A stretch of DNA of 32,000 nt from Schaalia odontolytica (GCF_005696695.1 NZ_CP040006.1:90001-122000); one strand, 5' to 3'; numbered from the stretch's first letter, positions 1 to 7,698 are shown. Program-made: numbers and translations. Notes: generated from the sequence alone by a model not told the origin.

Positions 1-64
1 CTTCTCCTTATCCGACTCGACCCAATGCCCGCTGTCAGTGGGTGCGCGGCGCTTTTCGCGCCTC

Positions 65-118
65 GGGGCCTTCGTGGCTGCCGTGCTGCTCGCTGCGGCT
101 GTTGCCTTCTGGTGGTTC
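65..118 (+). repeat. intergenic repeat family A, copy 1
   Basis: GGGGCCTTCGTGGCTGCCGTGCTGCTCGC... matches 701..754 at 47 of 54 positions by hand alignment (first 29 nt identical). In frame 2 it reads ...RLGAFVAAVLLAAAVAFWWF followed by TAG at 119-121. Confidence 0.8.
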
Positions 119-155
119 TAGTTAGATTCATTCACATCGCGAACGAGGAGGTTTG

Positions 156-662
156 ATGATGAGTGGAAAAGATGAGGCAGCGATACCTGTGGGGGTTGCT
201 CCTAGCAGTCCAGCGAGGGCTCGGGTGTCTGAGGGCATCTCTCCTGCATCGCCGCAGTGGCAACAGGGAACGGCTGCGCGGATCCTGCCCGCGAAGCCCA
301 TCGTGAAGAAGCCGCGGGTTCCCAAAATTTGGATCATCTTTGCCGTCGTCGGCCTGCTGCTGCTTCTCGCGCCGAGCATCGTCACATTCCTGATTAATTT
401 AGGGCCTGGGGATCACTCGGATAATGGCGATGGTCAGTACTGGCTTCCGGGTCTTCTCCTCGTCCCATGCATGATTTTTGGTTTACTCACCGTATTTCTT
501 GCTTTCTGCGTGGGAATTGGCGAGTGGGTCGCATGGGTGTGGACTGCACGTCAACAAAACGCGCTGTCGGCGCGCATGTTCATCATTCCCCCGGTGGTCA
601 TAGTCGCCTTTTACTTCGTTACCAGATTCTGTGGGGCTACTCTGTTCAATCTTGGCATCTAG
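156..662 (+). CDS. small multi-pass membrane protein, array family 2 (basic patch, TM, Asp/Gly loop, TM) with extra C-terminal hydrophobic segments
   Basis: ORF 153..662. GAGGAGG at 145-151 precedes ATG 156/159. Ala/Pro-rich N-terminus, then KKPRVPK and hydrophobic segments. Loop LGPGDHSDNGDGQYW parallels IPGDHGDSGDGLAW of the 7699..8103 product. Confidence 0.7.
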   Translation: MMSGKDEAAIPVGVAPSSPARARVSEGISPASPQWQQGTAARILPAKPIVKKPRVPKIWIIFAVVGLLLLLAPSIVTFLINLGPGDHSDNGDGQYWLPGLLLVPCMIFGLLTVFLAFCVGIGEWVAWVWTARQQNALSARMFIIPPVVIVAFYFVTRFCGATLFNLGI

Positions 663-700
663 CGAAACTACCCGATGCAGCGAGCGAGCGTAGGCTCGTC

Positions 701-755
701 GGGGCCTTCGTGGCTGCCGTGCTGCTCGCCGCGGCCGTTGCGCTATGGTGGTGGT
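701..755 (+). repeat. intergenic repeat family A, copy 2 (full core)
   Basis: Contains core GCCGCGGCCGTTGCGCTATGGTGGTG (729-754). Reads ...RRLVGAFVAAVLLAAAVALWWW-stop in frame 2. The following 756-812 (leader plus first codons of the next gene) is repeated at 1765-1823. Confidence 0.8.
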
Positions 756-793
756 AGTCATTACCCCAGCGACGGGCAGTGAAAGGACCAGGC

Positions 794-1174
794 ATGAACG
801 AGAGTAACGACGTGACGATGCGCGGCGAGAATGTCCCCGAGGCCATGGTTGCATCCGCTGTCGTGGCGCAGCCCGTCGCGCCTGGCGGATCGACCGCGGC
901 AATCACTGGCGCACCTGTTACTCCCCCGCGGCGTCGGGGCTCAAAGCTGGCGCGCTTCTTCGTCATCTTGGGGATCGTGCTGCTCTCAAGCGTGTTCGTT
1001 TTGCCCCTGCTAGCTGAAGCGATGGATAGCGGCAGTAATCCCTCCGGTGTCGCGAGCGGCTGGACCTTCTTCTTCGCCGTGTTTTATGTTGCCCCCTTCG
1101 GTCTTATTTCGTTCCTGCTCGCGATCTTCGCCAAGCTCGCGCAGAAGCTTGATGAGAAGGAACAGGGCCTCTGA
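794..1174 (+). CDS. small 2-TM membrane protein, array family 2
   Basis: ATG 794 preceded by AAAGGA (782-787). Motifs PPRRRGSK then TM, SGSNPSGVASGW loop, and second TM with YVAPFGLISFLLA. Paralog of 1273..1722 and 1805..2092. Confidence 0.75.
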   Translation: MNESNDVTMRGENVPEAMVASAVVAQPVAPGGSTAAITGAPVTPPRRRGSKLARFFVILGIVLLSSVFVLPLLAEAMDSGSNPSGVASGWTFFFAVFYVAPFGLISFLLAIFAKLAQKLDEKEQGL

Positions 1175-1189
1175 GGGTTTCAACCGCGC

Positions 1190-1212
1190 GCCGCGGCCGT
1201 TGCGCTATGGTG
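1190..1212 (+). repeat. intergenic repeat family A, copy 3 (partial core)
   Basis: GCCGCGGCCGTTGCGCTATGGTG is identical to the core of copies 2 and 4. Lies between the stop of 794..1174 and the start of 1273..1722. Confidence 0.7.
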
Positions 1213-1272
1213 CTGGTTCTGGGGTACCCCGGTGTCTTCCCGAATGGAATAGAAGGCCGTTAAGGCGGCTTC

Positions 1273-1722
1273 ATGATCTGGAGGTTGCTTCAGTTGGATA
1301 GCGTGCTGTTACTTGTCGCCCCCATCCTCATTATTTTCCTTATCGCGCTGGCAATCGATGCTGGGGTAACGAAGAGGCGCGAGAGGAAGGCCGCCGAAGC
1401 GGCGGCGTGGGCCGCACAGGCCTACGGAGCTGCTTGGGATCCTCAAGGCGCACTGAGCGTCCAGAAACCACGCCGCGGCTCAAAGGTGGTGCGCTCCTGC
1501 GTCATTTTGGGATTCGTTATCCTGGGAAGCGTCGTCTATTGGCCGCTGTTGGTGCTCCTGGTAGACCCTATTGTTTCGGGTGGCAATGCATCAGAAGCTG
1601 ATGCTGGCCTTATGTTCCTGTTGTGCCTTATCTTCGTGGCTCTGTTCAGCCTTCTTGCCTTCCTGTTCGCCTTCATTGCACATCTCGCCGTCAAGGGTGC
1701 GGAGCGGAATCAGGGGTACTAA
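1273..1722 (+). CDS. small 3-TM membrane protein, array family 2
   Basis: ATG 1273. C-terminal two thirds (KPRRGSKVVRSCVILGFVILGS...SGGNASEADAG...LAVKGAERNQGY) align residue for residue with the 794..1174 product (PRRRGSKLARFFVILGIVLLSS...SGSNPSGVASG...LAQKLDEKEQGL). Confidence 0.75.
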   Translation: MIWRLLQLDSVLLLVAPILIIFLIALAIDAGVTKRRERKAAEAAAWAAQAYGAAWDPQGALSVQKPRRGSKVVRSCVILGFVILGSVVYWPLLVLLVDPIVSGGNASEADAGLMFLLCLIFVALFSLLAFLFAFIAHLAVKGAERNQGY

Positions 1723-1738
1723 GACCGTCCACGCGTAC

Positions 1739-1764
1739 GCCGCGGCCGTTGCGCTATGGTGGTG
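1739..1764 (+). repeat. intergenic repeat family A, copy 4 (core only, plus shared leader 1765-1823)
   Basis: GCCGCGGCCGTTGCGCTATGGTGGTG is identical to 729-754. The downstream leader CATCACCCCAGCGGCGGGCAGTGAAAGGATCAGGCATGAGCGAGAG parallels 759-805. Confidence 0.8.
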
Positions 1765-1804
1765 CAAGACATCACCCCAGCGGCGGGCAGTGAAAGGATC
1801 AGGC

Positions 1805-2092
1805 ATGAGCGAGAGCACGAGTGGAGTGTCCCCTTCGACGAAGAAGAGTGGAAACTACAAGATTCCGCTCATTCTTGGTGCTATTGGGCTTCTGCTGATG
1901 ATTAGCCCGTTCTTCTATTCGGCGTACGTCGACGCAACCGTCGGTCGGGGTGATCCCAATAGCGTTTCGTCGGGTTGGGCCTTCGTGTGGGCCTTCTATC
2001 GCTTCACTCCGGCCGGCGTTATTGTTCTCGTGATCGCCCTTTTCATGGCGTTCGCGGAGAAGATATCCAACATGCCGAGCAGCGACAACTAA
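1805..2092 (+). CDS. small 2-TM membrane protein, array family 2
   Basis: ATG 1805 preceded by AAAGGA (1793-1798). KKSGNYK then TM, GDPNSVSSGWAFVWAFY loop (compare SGWTFFFAVFY in the 794 product), then a second TM. Confidence 0.7.
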   Translation: MSESTSGVSPSTKKSGNYKIPLILGAIGLLLMISPFFYSAYVDATVGRGDPNSVSSGWAFVWAFYRFTPAGVIVLVIALFMAFAEKISNMPSSDN

Positions 2093-2185
2093 GGTTCGTC
2101 GCCCGGCTGAGTCTGGCAGCGTGAGGTTGCCCCAGCCTCGTTCCCGGTGCGAGCACCCGTGCCTCCCGTCGGGCACAATGGACCC

Positions 2186-3049
2186 ATGATGACCCCCACT
2201 GACCCCGCGCTTTACGCGGGCGCCGACCTGCGCCTGGCCGCCGTCGACATGGATGGCACCCTCCTGGACGATGACAAGAACTTCCCGCCCGGCATGGACG
2301 AGCTGCTCGACCAGATGGACGCGCGCGGCGTCACCTTCGCGCCCGCGTCCGGCCGTCAGGTGTGGACCCTCATCGACATGTTCCCCGGGCGCCCCGGCAT
2401 GACCGTCATCGGGGAAAATGGTGGGATCGTCATGCGTGACGGCGTCGAGGTCTCCTCCCACCCGGTGGATACCCCCACGGTGCGCGAGGTCATCCGCCTC
2501 GTCCGCGAGGCCACCTCGGGGCCGGAGGGGATCGACGGCGGTCTGGTCATGTGCGGCAAGCAATTCGCCTACGTCGAGCGTACCGACGACCGCTTCGTCG
2601 ACGGCGTTCTGCCCTACTACCACCGCACCAAGCGCGTGGATGATCAGATCGCCATCATCGACGCCATCGAGGCCGGCGAGATCGGCGACGCGATCGTCAA
2701 GCTCGCTGTTTTCGTCCTCGGCCCGGTTGAGGCGCTCGCGGAGGCGACGCTCGCGCGATTCGCCGACACGCACCAGTACGCGATCTCGGGTGCGAACTGG
2801 GCGGACCTGCAGATCCGAGGCGTCGACAAGGGGAGCGCCGTGCGCGACCTGCAGCGCTTCCTCGGTGTTGATCGCTCCCAGACCGCCGTCTTCGGCGACG
2901 CCGGGAATGACCTGTCCATGATGAGTGAGGGCGACCTGTCCTTCGCGATGGCCAACGCCTCGCAGGACGTCGTCGAGGCCGCTCGCTTCGTCGCCCCCTC
3001 GAACAACGAGGCCGGGGTCGCCCAGGTGCTGCGCGCGCTTGTGGGGTGA
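2186..3049 (+). CDS. Cof-type HAD-IIB family phosphatase
   Basis: HAD motifs read directly: AAVDMDGTLLDDD (motif I DxDGT), FAPASGRQ (motif II), FGDAGNDLSMM (motif IV GDxxND). ATG 2186 chosen inside ORF 2147..3049; start uncertain. Confidence 0.8.
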   Translation: MMTPTDPALYAGADLRLAAVDMDGTLLDDDKNFPPGMDELLDQMDARGVTFAPASGRQVWTLIDMFPGRPGMTVIGENGGIVMRDGVEVSSHPVDTPTVREVIRLVREATSGPEGIDGGLVMCGKQFAYVERTDDRFVDGVLPYYHRTKRVDDQIAIIDAIEAGEIGDAIVKLAVFVLGPVEALAEATLARFADTHQYAISGANWADLQIRGVDKGSAVRDLQRFLGVDRSQTAVFGDAGNDLSMMSEGDLSFAMANASQDVVEAARFVAPSNNEAGVAQVLRALVG

Positions 3050-3172
3050 GTGCGTTTTGCGGGGGGTTGTTTTGTCGTTAGTCTCAATTCTTGAAAGACT
3101 TTTCGGTACGGGGGATGTGTGGGTTCTTCACAGTCTCGTTGCCGCACGTCGGTGCAATAGAGGAGGAATCTG
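3028..3172 (+). repeat. segmental-duplication junction/leader, repeat family B copy 1
   Basis: Covers the last codons of the HAD gene (CTGCGCGCGCTTGTGGGGTGA) plus the whole leader of 3173..3688. Block 3072-3146 (75 nt) is identical to 4700-4774. Contains TTGAAAGACTTTT and AGGAGG (3161-3166). Confidence 0.9.
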
Positions 3173-3688
3173 ATGAGCACGTCATATCCTCAGCAGCCTG
3201 CAGCGCAGCCGGCGCAGCCCGCGCAGCCGGCATATCAGGGGGTTCCCCAGGCGGGAGTACCCGCGCAGCCTACAGTTCCCGCGCAGCCGGTGCCGCAGGG
3301 GTATTCGCCAGCGCCCCAGGGATTTGCGCCGGGCTATGCGCCCGTGCCCCAGGGGCCTGTGAAAGTGCGGGTTAACTACCTCTCCCTCGTCTTCGGAATT
3401 GGTGTATGGGTGTTCATCGCGCTGTTAGTGCTGGACGCGTGGAGACTGATGCACTCGCCGGATGTGTCCGCGAGTGGGAAGGCTATTGTCGGCTTCTATC
3501 CTCTTTTTGTGCTGGCCCTCGGCGGTCCCTTGAACCTCATCGGTATCATCGTCGCTTCCTCAAGGGCGAAGGAGAAGCCGGCGAAATGGAAGCTCAATAG
3601 GCTGGGAATTATCCTCAATGCGAGCCCGTACGTCATCTTTTTCGTTATCATGTTCGTCGGCCTGGCCGTGGCACCGTTTTTCTCGTAG
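3173..3688 (+). CDS. PQ-rich N-terminus membrane protein, array family 1 (DUF4190-like C-terminal hairpin)
   Basis: AGGAGG 6 nt upstream of ATG 3173. N-terminus MSTSYPQQPAAQPAQPAQPAYQG..., 3-4 hydrophobic segments, C-terminal motif NLIGIIVASSRAKEKPAKWKLNRLGIILNASP. Confidence 0.8.
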   Translation: MSTSYPQQPAAQPAQPAQPAYQGVPQAGVPAQPTVPAQPVPQGYSPAPQGFAPGYAPVPQGPVKVRVNYLSLVFGIGVWVFIALLVLDAWRLMHSPDVSASGKAIVGFYPLFVLALGGPLNLIGIIVASSRAKEKPAKWKLNRLGIILNASPYVIFFVIMFVGLAVAPFFS

Positions 3689-3695
3689 GTCGTGA

Positions 3696-3727
3696 GCGCA
3701 CGCCCAGTGATGGCGTGTGCTTGTGTA
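3696..3727 (+). terminator. possible attenuator/terminator hairpin between array genes
   Basis: GCGCACGCC (3696-3704) pairs with GGCGTGTGC (3712-3720) with one G-U pair and a 7-nt loop, followed by TTGTGTAT. Absent from the paralogous junction at 5774-5801. Confidence 0.3.
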
Positions 3728-3766
3728 TGACGAGGCCGCCGCTGCGATCACTGGGAGGAGAATGCC

Positions 3767-4570
3767 ATGAACGACTGCAGCGTTCCCGCAGGTGGGCCTC
3801 GCGAACACGCGTCGCGATGGATGTACAGGCCGTCCCTATTCTGCGTATTCGCGGGACTTGCGGTGATGATCGGGGGTTTCGTCGTCCTGTCAGCCTCGGT
3901 TGTTGACGAGATGAGTGCAAGTGCTAACCTCGTCATACCCGGCGAGTTTGCGGTCATGAGCGACGGCGAGTTTGTCCGTTCCCTCCTGCCTGCAGCCGGC
4001 GTGGCGGGGATCGTTCATCTGGTGGGTGTCGTCGCCGGGCTGATGGGACGAACGCGCGCCGAGGATTGGAGGGAGCTCGCGCGCTGCGCGCTCGGAGTGG
4101 GTGCGAATGCCTTCTTTCTTGCCTGTGCCTGTATCACCCCCGTCGTTGGCTTGGTCCCCGATCCGCGGGCGCTCGTGCCCCTCCTCGTTGTGTGCGGCGC
4201 TGCGGTCCTGGCTGCGTGTGTGTCCCTATTCCGCGGCATGCGTGCCAGCGCGGGCGCGATATCGGTGGGCGCGGGAGCCGCGGGCATGCTGGCTATGGCC
4301 GGAGCGTTGCTTGTCGGCCTGTTCGCGATGCTCCACGAACTAGCTACGACGCCGGGGCGACCCTTCTTGCCCGAGTTGATTGTCGTGGCCGTCTGCATCT
4401 ACATGTCCGTCCCGGCGGGCCTTATCCAGTTGACGGGCCTGATCGTGGGTATACGGGCGCGTCGGCACGCCGACAGCGAGGCCGAGCGGGCGCTTGCCGG
4501 GCGAGGAATAGTCCTGAACGTGCCCCTGTGCTGGTGCGTGCTTTTCCTCCCCCTGCTGGTTCTCATCTGA
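3767..4570 (+). CDS. polytopic (about 6-7 TM) membrane protein, array family 1 long form
   Basis: GGGAGGAG (3753-3760) 6 nt before ATG 3767. Paralog of 5802..6614 along the full length. C-terminal motif QLTGLIVGIRARRHADSEAERALAGRGIVLNVP. Confidence 0.8.
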   Translation: MNDCSVPAGGPREHASRWMYRPSLFCVFAGLAVMIGGFVVLSASVVDEMSASANLVIPGEFAVMSDGEFVRSLLPAAGVAGIVHLVGVVAGLMGRTRAEDWRELARCALGVGANAFFLACACITPVVGLVPDPRALVPLLVVCGAAVLAACVSLFRGMRASAGAISVGAGAAGMLAMAGALLVGLFAMLHELATTPGRPFLPELIVVAVCIYMSVPAGLIQLTGLIVGIRARRHADSEAERALAGRGIVLNVPLCWCVLFLPLLVLI

Positions 4571-4589
4571 ACCTGCCCGGCGCTTTGCT

Positions 4590-4614
4590 GGCGATGGCCG
4601 AGGTGTCGCCTTTT
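4590..4614 (+). terminator. weak intrinsic terminator candidate at end of duplication unit 1
   Basis: GGCGA (4590-4594) pairs with TCGCC (4606-4610), followed by TTTT (4611-4614). Short stem. Confidence 0.3.
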
Positions 4615-4652
4615 CGTTGCAATATCGGTCCTGTGCTCGCATGAGGAGACCG

Positions 4653-4803
4653 TCGCTGCGTGCGCTTGTGGGGTGAGCGTGTTTTGCGTGGGAGTTGCCT
4701 TGTCGTTAGTCTCAATTCTTGAAAGACTTTTCGGTACGGGGGATGTGTGGGTTCTTCACAGTCTCGTTGCCGCATCATGTTGGTGCAATAGAGGAGGAAT
4801 CTG
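4653..4803 (+). repeat. repeat family B copy 2, including a remnant of the HAD gene 3' end
   Basis: TCGCTGCGTGCGCTTGTGGGGTGA (4653-4676) reads SLRALVG-stop and mirrors VLRALVG-stop at 3026-3049. The 75-nt block 4700-4774 is identical to 3072-3146. There is a 3-nt indel before GGTGCAATAGAGGAGGAATCTGATGAGC. Confidence 0.9.
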
Positions 4804-5304
4804 ATGAGCGTCCCTTATCCTCAGCAGCCTGCGGGGCAGCCCGCAGTTCCCGCGCAGCCGGCGCAGGCCGCGCAGCCTGTGCAGCAGGTTGTGCCCCAGG
4901 CGGGCGTGCCATATTCGCTGGCGCCCCAGCGCCAGGTCCCGGAAAAGATCAGTAGGCTGTCCTTCATTTTTGCGATCATCGGACTGGGTGTCCTGGTTCT
5001 GTCACTCCTGTACTGCGCCTATATCGTTTTCACTGCTGTGCACAGTGACCATCCCGAAGGCGGTGGCTTTGTATGGATCATTCCGTTCGTTGTATACATG
5101 TGCCTCCTGCCACCCATCAATCTTGCCGGTCTGATTGTTGGCTTCCTGAAGTTGGGGCCCTCGGTCTCTGGCCGACAGCGGATGTGGAGCCTGCTCGGTA
5201 TCGGCCTGAATATTCTTCCCTGGGTGATCGCTGCAGCTCTTCTTGCCTGGATTAGCACGTCGAGCTTCCCCGGTGCTGCTGGCGCCGTGATGGCTCTCGG
5301 ATGA
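4804..5304 (+). CDS. PQ-rich N-terminus membrane protein, array family 1
   Basis: Same leader and RBS as 3173. MSVPYPQQPAGQPAVPAQPAQAAQP..., hydrophobic segments, motif INLAGLIVGFLKLGPSVSGRQRMWSLLGIGLNILP. Confidence 0.8.
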   Translation: MSVPYPQQPAGQPAVPAQPAQAAQPVQQVVPQAGVPYSLAPQRQVPEKISRLSFIFAIIGLGVLVLSLLYCAYIVFTAVHSDHPEGGGFVWIIPFVVYMCLLPPINLAGLIVGFLKLGPSVSGRQRMWSLLGIGLNILPWVIAAALLAWISTSSFPGAAGAVMALG

Positions 5305-5344
5305 CTATTGTCTGCGAATAGCGCCCATTGAGTGGAGGAAGCAA

Positions 5345-5773
5345 ATGAGTATGTCGTATCCACAGCAGCCTGTGGGGCAGCCCGCAGTTCCCGCGCAGCC
5401 TGCATATCAGGGGACTGCTCCGGGCTATGCGCCTGTGCCTCAGGGGCCCGTGGTTCAGAAGGTGAATCGAGCGTCGATCATCTTGGGTGTTGTCGGGTGG
5501 GCCCTCATTGGCCTGACGATACTGGCCATGTGGCTTGCTATCCGAGCCAGCGCATCCGATCCTGACCCGAGTGGCAAGGAAGCGATCGGATTCTTGCCAC
5601 TCTTTGCGCTGATGTTTATTGGCCCGGTGAACCTCGCCGGCGGTGTTATCGGGATTGTTGGGGCAGTGGGGAAACCGAAGACGAGGAAGCTCAACTGGCT
5701 GGGAATCCTCCTGAACGCAAGCCCATACGTCGTCTTCACCGCCTTCATGATCGTTCTGATGCTGTTCATGTAG
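5345..5773 (+). CDS. PQ-rich N-terminus membrane protein, array family 1
   Basis: GGAGGA (5333-5338) before ATG 5345. MSMSYPQQPVGQPAVPAQPAYQG..., motif VNLAGGVIGIVGAVGKPKTRKLNWLGILLNASPYV. This is the closest paralog of 3173..3688. Confidence 0.8.
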   Translation: MSMSYPQQPVGQPAVPAQPAYQGTAPGYAPVPQGPVVQKVNRASIILGVVGWALIGLTILAMWLAIRASASDPDPSGKEAIGFLPLFALMFIGPVNLAGGVIGIVGAVGKPKTRKLNWLGILLNASPYVVFTAFMIVLMLFM

Positions 5774-5801
5774 GTCACTGAAGCGTTGGACGGAGAAAAC
5801 C

Positions 5802-6614
5802 ATGAATGATCACAGCGGTCCCGCACCTGTGCCCAACAAGCGCATGTTGAGAATGATGAACAGGTTGTCCTTTGCCTGCGCACTCGCGGGACTTGCCGTG
5901 ATCATCGGGGGTTTCATCGTCCTGTCGACCTCGTTTTTTGACGAGATGAACGCCGGCACTCACCCCGTCATCCCCGGGGACTCTGCGGTGATGAGCGACG
6001 ATGAGTTCATCCGTTCTGTCCTGCCCGTAGCCTGCGCGGCGGGGATCATTCATCTGGCGGGTGTCATCGCCGGGTTCGTGGGGCGAAGGCACGCCGAGGA
6101 TCGCGCGGAGCTCGGGCGCTGCGCGCTTGGAGTGGGAGCGAATGCCTTCTTCCTTGGCTGCGCCGGCATCATCCCTGCCGCGGGTCTTGTTGGCGACCCG
6201 GTTGGCCTCGTTGCCCTCTTCGCTGTCTGTGGCGGTGCGGTCCTGTCCATGTGTGTTTCCCTGTTTGAGCGCTTCTTCAGCAGCGCGGGCGCGAGATCCG
6301 TTGGGGTGGGAGTCGCAGGCTTGCTGGTGATGGGTGGAGCATTGCTTGTCGGCCTGTTCACGATGCTCGGCGAAATTACTTCGACGCCGGAGGACTCGTT
6401 CTTGCTCGGCATGTTTGTTGTGATCGCCTTCGTCATCGTGTCCGTCCCGGTGGGCATTGCCCAGCTGACGGGCCTGATCATGGGAATACGGGCGCTTCGA
6501 CGCGCCGACAGTGAGGGTGAGCAAGCACTCGCTACGTGGGGAATAGTCCTGAATGGAACCCTGTGCTTGTGTCTTCTGTTCCTTCCCCTGGCGGTTCTTG
6601 CCTCAATCTCGTAG
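5802..6614 (+). CDS. polytopic membrane protein, array family 1 long form
   Basis: GGAGA before ATG 5802. Collinear with the 3767..4570 product (for example VIPGDSAVMSDDEFIRSVLP vs VIPGEFAVMSDGEFVRSLLP). Motif QLTGLIMGIRALRRADSEGEQALATWGIVLNGT. Confidence 0.8.
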   Translation: MNDHSGPAPVPNKRMLRMMNRLSFACALAGLAVIIGGFIVLSTSFFDEMNAGTHPVIPGDSAVMSDDEFIRSVLPVACAAGIIHLAGVIAGFVGRRHAEDRAELGRCALGVGANAFFLGCAGIIPAAGLVGDPVGLVALFAVCGGAVLSMCVSLFERFFSSAGARSVGVGVAGLLVMGGALLVGLFTMLGEITSTPEDSFLLGMFVVIAFVIVSVPVGIAQLTGLIMGIRALRRADSEGEQALATWGIVLNGTLCLCLLFLPLAVLASIS

Positions 6615-6660
6615 AGAGCTATCCCAGCTCATTCCTCCTTGCGTTAACACCCTCTCTCCA

Positions 6661-6697
6661 TTAATCTCAATTTTGAAATACTTTTGGAGGGAGGGGC
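6661..6697 (+). repeat. repeat family B copy 3 (degenerate leader fragment)
   Basis: TTAATCTCAATTTTGAAATACTTTTGGAGGGAGGGG aligns with TTAGTCTCAATTCTTGAAAGACTTTTCGGTACGGGGG at 3078-3114 and 4706-4742. Candidate shared promoter or operator core. Confidence 0.6.
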
Positions 6698-7108
6698 ATG
6701 GAGGCTCCGGATCGTGAACGTGGCGGGGTACAGCCGTATCCCGGCACGCCCCGCAAAAGGTGGACGCCCCTCAGATGCGGTGCCGGCGCGTTGATTGTCA
6801 CCGCGATCTCCATCACCGCTGTGATCATCGTCGAGATAGTCGTCTTACTCCACCCAGACTTCCATCAGGTTGACGGCATCGTCTACAACCGTGTCATTGC
6901 GATGATCGGCGGCGGCCTCACCACTTGTCTGAGTCTCACCGGCCTCGTCATCGCCAGGGCAGAGCTGGGTGAATCAGATGTGTCGAGCAGACAGCGCAGC
7001 GCGAGCCTGTGCGGAGTGGTCCTGTGCCTGAGTCCCATCGTCGTTATTGTCTTGACCTACAGCGTGCTGGGAGCAGGCGTCGCCGAGTGGCTATTCGGAT
7101 GGAAATAA
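6698..7108 (+). CDS. small 4-TM membrane protein, array family 1 (divergent)
   Basis: GGAGGGAGG immediately upstream of ATG 6698. Motif LTGLVIARAELGESDVSSRQRSASLCGVVLCLSP. Confidence 0.7.
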   Translation: MEAPDRERGGVQPYPGTPRKRWTPLRCGAGALIVTAISITAVIIVEIVVLLHPDFHQVDGIVYNRVIAMIGGGLTTCLSLTGLVIARAELGESDVSSRQRSASLCGVVLCLSPIVVIVLTYSVLGAGVAEWLFGWK

Positions 7109-7136
7109 CACCTTTCCGCGACGAAGGAGGCCACCG

Positions 7137-7586
7137 ATGAGTGCGTCGAATGATGTTCCTGCGCAGGGTGCCACAGCGCAGCCTGTGACCTACCCTCAGT
7201 TCGTGGCCGGCGTCGCTCCCGGAGGCGACGTTCATGACGGACGTCCGCCCGTGCGCACGCGAAGCACGTGGGTGCTGTCGCTGGTGGCTGGCCTCGGTGG
7301 TTGGGTCGTAATCCTCTTGAGCATCGTCCTCACGGTCATCTATTACATCGAAATGGCAAACGCGGACGAGATGGTGCGCAAATATGGAATCGGCGGCGGC
7401 TTGATCTGGATATTCGCCCTGCTAGCCCTTTTCGTCATCAATGTCCTCGGGGGAATCTTCGGTCTCATCGAGTTGTTGCGGTGCAACAACGTTAAGGAAG
7501 TGAGACGAGCGCTCTACGTCCTCCTGCTCAACGTGTTGCCGTGGATCATCCTCGGAGTGCTGTACTGGGTGTACGTGCCTGACTGA
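7137..7586 (+). CDS. small 4-TM membrane protein, array family 1 (divergent)
   Basis: GGAGG (7125-7129) before ATG 7137. Motif INVLGGIFGLIELLRCNNVKEVRRALYVLLLNVLP. Confidence 0.7.
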   Translation: MSASNDVPAQGATAQPVTYPQFVAGVAPGGDVHDGRPPVRTRSTWVLSLVAGLGGWVVILLSIVLTVIYYIEMANADEMVRKYGIGGGLIWIFALLALFVINVLGGIFGLIELLRCNNVKEVRRALYVLLLNVLPWIILGVLYWVYVPD

Positions 7587-7698
7587 GAAAGCCGCTCCGA
7601 GGCCTTGTGACTGTCGATGCGTGGCGTGAACATATGCTCGTTTAGGATTGTGATCGCAGCCCGCATGGGCGCACCGATCAACACGTGAAGGACCGACC

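Noticed and set aside
467-757. 96-aa ORF ending in the GAFVAAVLLAAAVALWWW tail
   Set aside because: Most of it overlaps the 156..662 gene out of frame and has an implausible sequence. Only the last ~20 codons (the repeat) look protein-like, so I treat it as a gene remnant rather than a CDS.
1799-2773. 324-aa minus-strand ORF overlapping the HAD gene and the 1805..2092 gene
   Set aside because: It is an antisense shadow. The plus strand has canonical HAD motifs and an RBS-supported membrane gene.
3091-3375. ORF MKDFSVRGMCGFFTVSLPH... conserved at 3091 and 4719 (and the minus-strand RQRDCEEPTHPPYRKVFQELRLTT ORFs)
   Set aside because: The conservation is explained by the identical duplicated DNA block. 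The ORFs start at TTG without an RBS. They run out of frame into the PQ-repeat region of the real genes.
6650-6695. CCCTCTCTCC (6650-6659) possibly pairing with the GGAGGGAGGG Shine-Dalgarno region of the 6698 gene as an anti-SD hairpin
   Set aside because: There is one mismatch and a 26-nt loop, and no conservation in the other leader copies. This is too weak to report as a regulatory feature.
65-6697. Repeated intergenic elements as a possible CRISPR array
   Set aside because: The repeats are irregularly spaced, separated by whole genes, of variable length and not palindromic in the CRISPR manner. No cas genes are present.
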